IMG/VR virus record: IMGVR_UViG_3300045988_043366
Location: 1 to 6,503 of that record
DNA length: 6,503 nt
Origin: a virus
Direction: 5' to 3' (one strand)
Positions 1 through 4,215 of this stretch are shown piece by piece; the stretch's first letter is position 1; each line of letters starts with the position of its first letter. A program made the position numbers and the translations under genes. The notes under the pieces were generated by a model that did not search any database, was not told where the DNA came from, and saw only the letters and a list, made by a program, of their open reading frames with translations.

Positions 1-55
1 TATTGAGCCATATGAGAATCAGAAGCAGGAACATTAACACCGAAATGAGCCTTAA
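1..55. repeat. Terminal redundancy, left copy. It is identical to 6449-6503, so the contig is a closed circle of 6448 nt.
   Basis: Read directly: tattgagccatatgagaatcagaagcaggaacattaacaccgaaatgagccttaa occurs at 1-55 and again at 6449-6503 (55/55 identical). The capsid reading frame is continuous across the junction. Confidence 0.97.
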
Positions 56-1232
56 TCTGGTCACGATAATTGGTATCAACAGATTGAGTAATTTCACGAT
101 ATTTCTGCAAAGCTTCTGCTTGACGAAGAGCAAGAATATTAAATGAAGCAGATAACGAAGCATTACCAGCAATCAAGTTAGTACCAACAGGAATAGAAGA
201 AGAAGGAGTGGAAGAAGGCTTCACTAAAAAAGAAGAATTCGTTTTAATCTCCGTAAAATTTTGAACAGTTAAACCAGAAGAACCAATACGAACATCAGAA
301 TAACCAGTATTACCAGGAACATCTACAACAGCAATATCACCAAACTGGGAATTAGGAAGAATTCCCATAAACATATCCTTATTCCAATTGCAATAGCGAA
401 GAGAAAACAAATTGTCTCGTTTCCAATAATCGGAGTTAGCAGGAAGAGAAGTATCAATAGTACCACCAAATAAATTTCCAGAACCTTGATACCAGTCAAA
501 GTTATAAGAAGTAGGATCAGCATTTTCCCATTGAGACCAACGGAAGAAATCTTGGTAGATCTTCTGATAAGCAGCAAGAGGAAAAACATTAACATTCATG
601 TTAAAATTATACATCTGGCTGTAAACAATACCAGAATCGGAAGCAAGAGGGACTTGTCGATTCCACCAACGATAGTTAGAATTACCGATACCTAAAGAAG
701 GAATATTATTAGGAATAATATTCCCATAATTCAACATGTGAAGAAGCTTATAATTTACATCTCCACGAACATAACCAAAAATATTAGCATAAGCATTATT
801 TGCTTGCCAAGATTTCAAAGCGGGAACAGACAGAGAGCCAGAAGCAAAGAAACAAGAGAAACCTAAATCCGAAAGAGAACAGTAAGGCAAATCTCCGGAA
901 ACAGTCAACGCAGTTAAAATATCCTTAGATTGAACAGGAGCTACTTCACCCATCTGAATAACAGAGGCGTCAAAAGATTTCCAAATCAAATCAAGAGGAA
1001 CAGCATAAAAATCAAAATACTCACGAATACGAGTATAAGCAGCAGTCTGAACGGGACGAGTACGTGTGAAATACTGAATGTCAATATCATACGTACAACC
1101 AGGGATACCTAAATCCCAAAATACAGGAAGAAGCTCACCACATTTCGCAGAAAAAACATTTTTAGAACCAATATCAAAACCAGAACGATGAGGATGGTTC
1201 TGGAGCTGTTTAAGACCAGTAAAATGAGCCAT
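1..1232 (-). CDS. VP1: Major capsid protein VP1 (Microviridae F/VP1 family), N-terminal about 410 codons. The ORF runs off the left edge and continues at 6448 on the circular genome. It is missing from the ORF track because it has no stop codon inside the window.
   Basis: Hand translation from ATG at 1232-1230 gives MAHFTGLKQLQNHPHRSGFDIGSKNVFSAKCGELLPVFWDLGIPGCTYDIDIQYFTRTRPVQTAAYTRIREYFDFYAVPLDLIWK...NILALRQAEALQKYREITQSVDTNYRDQIKAHFGVNVPASDSHMAQY with no stop down to position 1. The N-terminus (HFTGL..RSGFD...GELLPVFW) and the ALRxAxALQKY...Y..QI.AHFGV block are typical of microvirus VP1. The frame (top codon positions equal 2 mod 3) matches ORF 5806..6459 after the 6448-nt wrap. Confidence 0.93.
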   Translation of the reverse strand, partial: MAHFTGLKQLQNHPHRSGFDIGSKNVFSAKCGELLPVFWDLGIPGCTYDIDIQYFTRTRPVQTAAYTRIREYFDFYAVPLDLIWKSFDASVIQMGEVAPVQSKDILTALTVSGDLPYCSLSDLGFSCFFASGSLSVPALKSWQANNAYANIFGYVRGDVNYKLLHMLNYGNIIPNNIPSLGIGNSNYRWWNRQVPLASDSGIVYSQMYNFNMNVNVFPLAAYQKIYQDFFRWSQWENADPTSYNFDWYQGSGNLFGGTIDTSLPANSDYWKRDNLFSLRYCNWNKDMFMGILPNSQFGDIAVVDVPGNTGYSDVRIGSSGLTVQNFTEIKTNSSFLVKPSSTPSSSIPVGTNLIAGNASLSASFNILALRQAEALQKYREITQSVDTNYRDQIKAHFGVNVPASDSHMAQ

Positions 1233-1234
1233 AA

Positions 1235-2905
1235 CTAAAAATTTAAATTAAACAATAAGCCAGATACATCATTGTAATTCTTATGTTTAACTTTCTGAAA
1301 AATCTTCTGTTTAACAGATTTTTTCAAAGAGGACAAGACAAAGTTTAACTCATTCCAAAAAGATTCATCATCTTTAGAAGGTAAACAATAACCAACAGTC
1401 CTAGACTTTAAAAAAGAATCTGATTCAGGATGAACAGAGAGATAATCATAAAAGTCATTGATGAATCTCAATTCTTTTCTAGACCAATAATCAAAAGAAG
1501 AAACAAATAATTTAAATAAGAACCTCTTCAAATCCTCGGGTAAAACATGCCTATCAAGACGCCAAAAACGCAAAGTACGATTAACAGAAGAAAAAAATCT
1601 ATAAATCTTACCTACAACAGAATCAAAATCAAGTTGAACGGTTTCAAGACGAATATAATCAAAAATAAGAAAATCATAACGAGAGGCAGTACAATAACCA
1701 GACTTTACATCATAATAAAAACGAGCATAACATTTAGCAAGCGAGAATGTAGAAAGATTTTCATCTATTGATATATATCCGTCACGTATGAGCCTGTTGG
1801 ATGCTGTGAACGCACCGAAAAATAAGTCAGTACAGCTGTATGGATCCGCAAAAACAGGGTCAGAGATTCGGGGAAATAATGTATGTTCATACGACCGTGA
1901 AGGCTTGACTGTGACATACTCACCATTAATCGGGACACTGAATCCATCAAAACACGAAGCGGCAACTTCTTGTATCTCTGAAATGTCGGACGATTGACGA
2001 AAGAGACTATTAACCGAAAGTCCTTTGGAATGGTAGGATCTAGGTCTAATTTCTTTGTGTCGGTTAAAAAAGTCTGGTAAATCGACAAAACTATTAATAT
2101 ATGACGCAACATAGCCAGCTGCGGAACCTCTCGATAATGAACAATCCGTACGACCGTAGCTCCAGCTCTTAGATACCAACTCACATATAGACGAGGTGAG
2201 TGCGTCCGAGTTAAAGAATAATATACCATGCCAATGCGGACGATACGTCCGTCCACCATACTCTGATACAAGGTAGTAACATATTTTTTCATCGTATTTC
2301 TCTGCAATCAATTTACGTAAACGTTTAAAAAACAAATTCTGGTCATAAGGGTTTAAAACCAAAACCTCATTACGACATTCATCAATAGAAGGGGAAACAA
2401 CACATTTGCGTGCAAAATCATAACGACTGTTAGAAGCTACCAACAAATCACGAACTTCCTTACCGGAAAAGGTATGAAGAAACTGATAAGATTCCTCTGT
2501 TTCTGAAAAATCGCGAACACGACCGGAGTCGTGAACGCGAAAACAGCCAGAACGGGGTAAATAAGTAGCTGCTATTTGATACCTAGAATCATCGTAGGGC
2601 AAATGCCTAGGGTCAGAATCGGACATATAAGCATCAATCTCACTTTCAGCATCACACCTTTCTACAACTTCAAGAGACACACGAGGGACAAACTCGTCAG
2701 AATAAGTAAGCGTAAAAAAGTAGGCATACTTAAAATGAGATGACATATTAGATATTAAAGCACATTGGATATTAGAACGATGAACAAGACATGACGGACA
2801 TGTACCACAACGAACAAACAGAGTTTCATGAGTGTATTTATTAGTCACCTTCCGAGGGTGAAAACACTCTGTAGCTAAATATTTTTCCCGTTCTTTTTCT
2901 GTCAT
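1235..2905 (-). CDS. VP4: Replication initiation protein VP4 (HUH rolling-circle endonuclease, phiX174 gpA-like), 556 aa
   Basis: Motif I is FFTLTY (aa 63-68, nt 2702-2719). Motif II is the HUH element RPHWHGILF (HWHGILF at nt 2216-2236). Motif III is GYVASYI with two Tyr (nt 2096-2113). All three were verified by hand translation. There is an N-terminal Cys cluster, RCGTCPSC. The TAG stop at 1235-1237 lies 2 nt before the VP1 ATG. Confidence 0.92.
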   Translation of the reverse strand: MTEKEREKYLATECFHPRKVTNKYTHETLFVRCGTCPSCLVHRSNIQCALISNMSSHFKYAYFFTLTYSDEFVPRVSLEVVERCDAESEIDAYMSDSDPRHLPYDDSRYQIAATYLPRSGCFRVHDSGRVRDFSETEESYQFLHTFSGKEVRDLLVASNSRYDFARKCVVSPSIDECRNEVLVLNPYDQNLFFKRLRKLIAEKYDEKICYYLVSEYGGRTYRPHWHGILFFNSDALTSSICELVSKSWSYGRTDCSLSRGSAAGYVASYINSFVDLPDFFNRHKEIRPRSYHSKGLSVNSLFRQSSDISEIQEVAASCFDGFSVPINGEYVTVKPSRSYEHTLFPRISDPVFADPYSCTDLFFGAFTASNRLIRDGYISIDENLSTFSLAKCYARFYYDVKSGYCTASRYDFLIFDYIRLETVQLDFDSVVGKIYRFFSSVNRTLRFWRLDRHVLPEDLKRFLFKLFVSSFDYWSRKELRFINDFYDYLSVHPESDSFLKSRTVGYCLPSKDDESFWNELNFVLSSLKKSVKQKIFQKVKHKNYNDVSGLLFNLNF

Positions 2906-2907
2906 AA

Positions 2908-3066
2908 TTACAATACTTTAATAGTCTTAGCAGAAGAAACCAACACCGGAGAACCTTCAGACTCTTTCAAAGCCTGGTTAACAGTAATCATAAGAGATTC
3001 TTCACTAGCAACATACACAACAGGTGCAGAGCCTTGTTTCTGATAAGAAATCAAATACATTTCCAT
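2908..3066 (-). CDS. Hypothetical small protein, 52 aa (MEMYLISYQKQGSAPVVYVASEESLMITVNQALKESEGSPVLVSSAKTIKVL). It falls below the ORF-track length cutoff.
   Basis: Hand translation: ATG at 3066-3064 (alternative ATG at 3060) and TAA at 2908-2910, 2 nt before the VP4 ATG. It fills an otherwise unexplained gap with the same tight spacing as the other genes. I recognise no similarity. Confidence 0.3.
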   Translation of the reverse strand: MEMYLISYQKQGSAPVVYVASEESLMITVNQALKESEGSPVLVSSAKTIKVL

Positions 3067-3077
3067 AATTTAAAAAT

Positions 3078-3275
3078 TTAACGATTAATATTAATTTTAG
3101 TACTATCAACACTAGACGTAGAAGTTTGTTCAGTTTTCTGCGTCGAGTTTTGATTGTTCTTTGAAATAGACATAGAAATAGTACAAGACTGTACAAACAA
3201 AGTAGTAATAACACCAACTATAAAAGTTGAAATTAACTTTACAATTTCAATCCATTGTTGAGGAGTAACCTTCAT
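3078..3275 (-). CDS. Small membrane or lipoprotein-like protein, 65 aa from the MKV start (the track ORF extends to 3308)
   Basis: Sequence is MKVTPQQWIEIVKLISTFIVGVITTLFVQSCTISMSISKNNQNSTQKTEQTSTSSVDSTKININR. It has a charged N-terminus, a hydrophobic segment of about 16 residues, a Cys after VQS (weak lipobox-like) and a polar S/T/N/Q-rich tail. The ATG at 3273-3275 was verified. The function is an inference. Confidence 0.45.
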   Translation of the reverse strand: MKVTPQQWIEIVKLISTFIVGVITTLFVQSCTISMSISKNNQNSTQKTEQTSTSSVDSTKININR

Positions 3276-3394
3276 AATAAAACAGATTTTAATTAAATAA
3301 CACTGCAATGATAGAAATAAAAATCATAATAAGCGAATAAAATAGTATTTTTTTTTAGAGTCTGTGTAATTTTTCAAAAGAAAGACAAGGGATG

Positions 3395-3510
3395 AGAGCT
3401 TTGAATAAGGTAAATCCAAAGCCCTTCGGGAAAAATTAGATAGGCTTCGCCAATAAAATGAACTAGGGGGCAACGATGCCGAACCGTTCCGCCCTTTCGG
3501 GCGCAGGTAT
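3395..3510 (-). other. Second structured non-coding block of about 48% GC, made of several short GC-clamped hairpins
   Basis: Helices read from the sequence: 3398-3403/3417-3422 (gctttg/caaagc, 6 bp); 3422-3424/3428-3430 (ccc ttc ggg); 3443-3445/3449-3451 (ggc ttc gcc); 3472-3475/3485-3488 (aacg/cgtt); 3490-3494/3499-3503 (cgccc tttc gggcg, 5 bp, GAAA loop in minus sense). No credible ORF is present. Confidence 0.35.
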
Positions 3511-3565
3511 GTGCTATAATAATATAAAATAGTAAAAAGAATATACAAATAATAAATATAGCACA
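3510..3565. repeat. Inverted repeat (9 bp, tgtgctata / tatagcaca) enclosing a 38-nt very AT-rich loop. It forms the spacer between the two structured blocks.
   Basis: Positions 3510-3518 pair with 3557-3565. The segment 3511-3580 has 11 G+C in 70 nt (16%, hand counted). Confidence 0.5.
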
Positions 3566-3572
3566 ACACTTT

Positions 3573-3631
3573 AATAAAAACGAGGAGCACATCTCCTATG
3601 CAGCTACGCCTGCATAGGGCTGTGCTCCTCG
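3573..3631 (-). terminator. Rho-independent terminator candidate on the minus strand, at the 3' end of the GC-rich island
   Basis: The hairpin is composite: 3581-3590/3622-3631 (cgaggagcac/gtgctcctcg, 10 bp) plus 3595-3603/3610-3618 (cctatgcag/ctgcatagg, 9 bp) with a 6-nt loop. In minus sense it is followed immediately by TTTTTATTAA (reverse complement of 3571-3580). In plus sense it is followed by G8, so it is not a terminator on that strand. Confidence 0.6.
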
Positions 3632-3905
3632 TGGGGGGGGCTGCGCACTGACACGTCCAGCGGCTGGACAGTGTTTGCATCATACGGGATTGTATTTACC
3701 ACCTCAAACGCCGGGGGGCTTCGGTGTATAACGGGAGGGTGAGGTATGCCTTTATCCGAGAGGCGGCTACCTTAAAACCAGGATAAGGAGTGACGTGCAC
3801 CCGGCCGGAGGCCGTGGTGTGCGGCTTCGCCGATACTAAGGTGCTAGACGCTAAGGAGGGCTATGCGCCCTCTATTGCTCCATCAGCGTTCAAACGCCAC
3901 GCAGG
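3581..3905 (-). ncRNA. Unclassified GC-rich, hairpin-dense non-coding island. It may be a structured RNA or an ssDNA structural element. The strand is assigned tentatively.
   Basis: G+C is 189/320 (59%, hand counted over 3581-3900), while flanking coding DNA is much more AT-rich by eye. Helices: the terminator hairpin above; 3655-3660/3664-3669 (gtccag/ctggac) extended by 3652-3654/3671-3673; 3743-3746/3768-3771 plus 3748-3750/3765-3767 enclosing c(gaga)g at 3757-3762; 3802-3806/3810-3814 (cggcc/ggccg) extended by 3795-3800/3817-3822; 3822-3825/3829-3832 (cggc ttc gccg); 3856-3860/3868-3872 (gaggg/ccctc); 3886-3889/3894-3897. There is a G8 run at 3633-3640. The only ORFs here translate to implausible protein. 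Confidence 0.4.
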
Positions 3906-3923
3906 CTTAAAGATACTAATCGA

Positions 3924-4136
3924 CTATAGAAACTTGTAGCTACCAACAGGGTTTTCAGAGTTAAGCATATCATGCAGAGACAAATAGCGATAGACGGTAA
4001 AATCACAATCCTGATAATAAGGAAGATTTTTTCGAGCCCACCTCTTAAAATAAGCCTTGGCATTAGAACGAGAACCAATATAAGTATTAACAACAAACGA
4101 ACCATAATATAATGTGAAATAAAATTTCTCTTTCAT
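3924..4136 (-). CDS. 70-aa protein whose N-terminus resembles the first half of a GIY-YIG (URI) nuclease domain. It may be a minimal or truncated homing-endonuclease-like gene.
   Basis: Sequence is MKEKFYFTLYYGSFVVNTYIGSRSNAKAYFKRWARKNLPYYQDCDFTVYRYLSLHDMLNSENPVGSYKFL. FYF is followed by 11 residues and then YIGS.SN (YIG at nt 4074-4082), then KRW (nt 4038-4046) and ..N. This matches the spacing and order of the GIY-X10-11-YIG ... R ... (H)N pattern, compare I-TevI GIYQIKNTLNNKVYVGSAKDFEKRWKRH. The His is replaced by Lys and the protein is too short for a full domain. I prefer the start at 4136 over 4163 because 4163 lies inside the promoter-like motif. Confidence 0.5.
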   Translation of the reverse strand: MKEKFYFTLYYGSFVVNTYIGSRSNAKAYFKRWARKNLPYYQDCDFTVYRYLSLHDMLNSENPVGSYKFL

Positions 4137-4160
4137 AATAATAACTGTTTGAATAGTTAA

Positions 4161-4168
4161 CAAATATA
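4161..4168 (-). promoter_or_regulatory. Bacteroides-type -7 promoter element TAnnTTTG (TATATTTG in minus sense)
   Basis: The reverse complement of caaatata (4161-4168) is TATATTTG, an exact match to the Bacteroidota sigma-A -7 consensus TAnnTTTG. It lies about 25 nt upstream of the ATG at 4136 and just downstream of the VP2 terminator. The only upstream TTTG is 13 nt away, so the -33 spacing is poor. It was the only exact TAnnTTTG I found on the minus strand in my scan of the intergenic and start-proximal regions. Confidence 0.35.
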
Positions 4169-4182
4169 AAAAGCTTCAGGAC

Positions 4183-4210
4183 AAAAAAACTCCCCCGGTC
4201 GACGGGGGAG
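4183..4210 (-). terminator. Strong rho-independent terminator directly after VP2
   Basis: An 8-bp G/C-rich stem, 4190-4197 (ctcccccg) paired with 4203-4210 (cgggggag), has a 5-nt loop. In minus sense it is followed by seven T (reverse complement of A7 at 4183-4189). It starts 5 nt after the VP2 TAA stop (4216-4218). Confidence 0.75.
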
Positions 4211-4215
4211 CACCA

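Noticed and set aside
323-1112. Track ORFs 323..595(-), 486..695(+) and 930..1112(+) inside VP1
   Set aside because: They are out-of-frame or antisense shadows of a confidently identified capsid gene, with low-complexity L/I-rich or basic translations.
1547-1997. Plus-strand ORFs 1547..1771 and 1788..1997, antisense to VP4
   Set aside because: They are antisense to a well-supported gene. No other gene is on the plus strand and the translations have no recognisable features.
3084-3095. Palindrome attaatattaat sharing ATATTAAT with the phiX174 origin core
   Set aside because: An AT-only 8-mer inside a coding region is a likely chance match. Origin sequences are not known to be conserved between these microvirus groups.
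3005-3217. 70-aa ORF (MVLLLLCLYSLVLFLCLF...) overlapping the two small ORFs in another frame
   Set aside because: It has extreme Leu/Val/Cys low complexity and ends in CTCCVCC. It overlaps two better-formed, tightly abutting ORFs. I keep it only as an alternative if conservation analysis favours it.
3470-3490. tRNA T-arm-like element (minus sense aacgg-TTCGGCA-tcgtt)
   Set aside because: The loop lacks the conserved A58 position. No acceptor stem, D-arm or 7-nt anticodon loop can be built around it, so it is not a tRNA.
3512-3520. Extended -10 promoter TGcTATAAT on the plus strand, which could drive a plus-sense transcript of the island
   Set aside because: TATAAT-like strings are expected in a 16% GC segment. 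There is no -35 element, and the inferred host group uses TAnnTTTG rather than the sigma-70 consensus. It remains a possibility if the plus-sense RNA hypothesis gains support.
3324-3683. Track ORFs 3324..3683 (119 aa) and 3374..3592 (72 aa) running through the structured region
   Set aside because: The translations are not protein-like (C/R/P/S-rich in the GC part, Y/I/L/F runs in the AT part). They cross a terminator hairpin and a 16% GC spacer, and they lack a sensible start context. I treat them as chance open frames.
3633-3744. G-runs (G8 at 3633-3640, G6 at 3713-3718, GGGAGGG at 3733-3739) as a plus-strand G-quadruplex
   Set aside because: The runs are too widely spaced for a canonical intramolecular G4. 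They lie on the non-packaged strand and are more simply explained as helix strands of the GC-rich island.
3764-3773. 10-nt identity (AAGGTAGCCG, minus sense) to the 16S rRNA helix-45 region, suggesting a captured rRNA fragment
   Set aside because: The identity does not extend on either side. A 10-mer match to some position in a 1.5-kb rRNA is expected by chance. I keep only a low-interest note on the anti-SD-like motifs.
3880-3886. Hammerhead-like CUGAUGG (minus sense)
   Set aside because: The core needs CUGANGA, and here the A is replaced by G. No matching GAAA junction or three-helix arrangement is present.
3704-3898. Direct repeat tcaaacgcc at 3704-3712 and 3890-3898
   Set aside because: It is only 9 nt with no flanking similarity. 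Dozens of 9-mer repeats are expected by chance in 6.5 kb.
3632-3926. Read-through or TAG recoding of ORF70. The same frame has only two TAG and one TAA before joining the 119-aa ORF.
   Set aside because: VP4 ends on TAG directly before the VP1 ATG, so TAG is a working stop here. The extension (SISIFKPAWRLNADGAIEGA, then PSLASSTLVSAKPHTTASGRVH...) looks like translated GC-rich non-coding DNA and does not supply the missing GIY-YIG half.
3911-3930. Group I intron R/S-like strings (GACUAUAG / UAUAGUC) beside the GIY-YIG-like ORF
   Set aside because: No complementary P7 partner, no P4-P6 or P3-P8 organisation, and no interrupted host gene could be found. The resemblance is limited to about 7 nt.
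3890-4105. 71-aa ORF overlapping ORF70 in another frame
   Set aside because: It is a Leu/Ile-rich shadow frame that starts inside ORF70 and has no independent signals.
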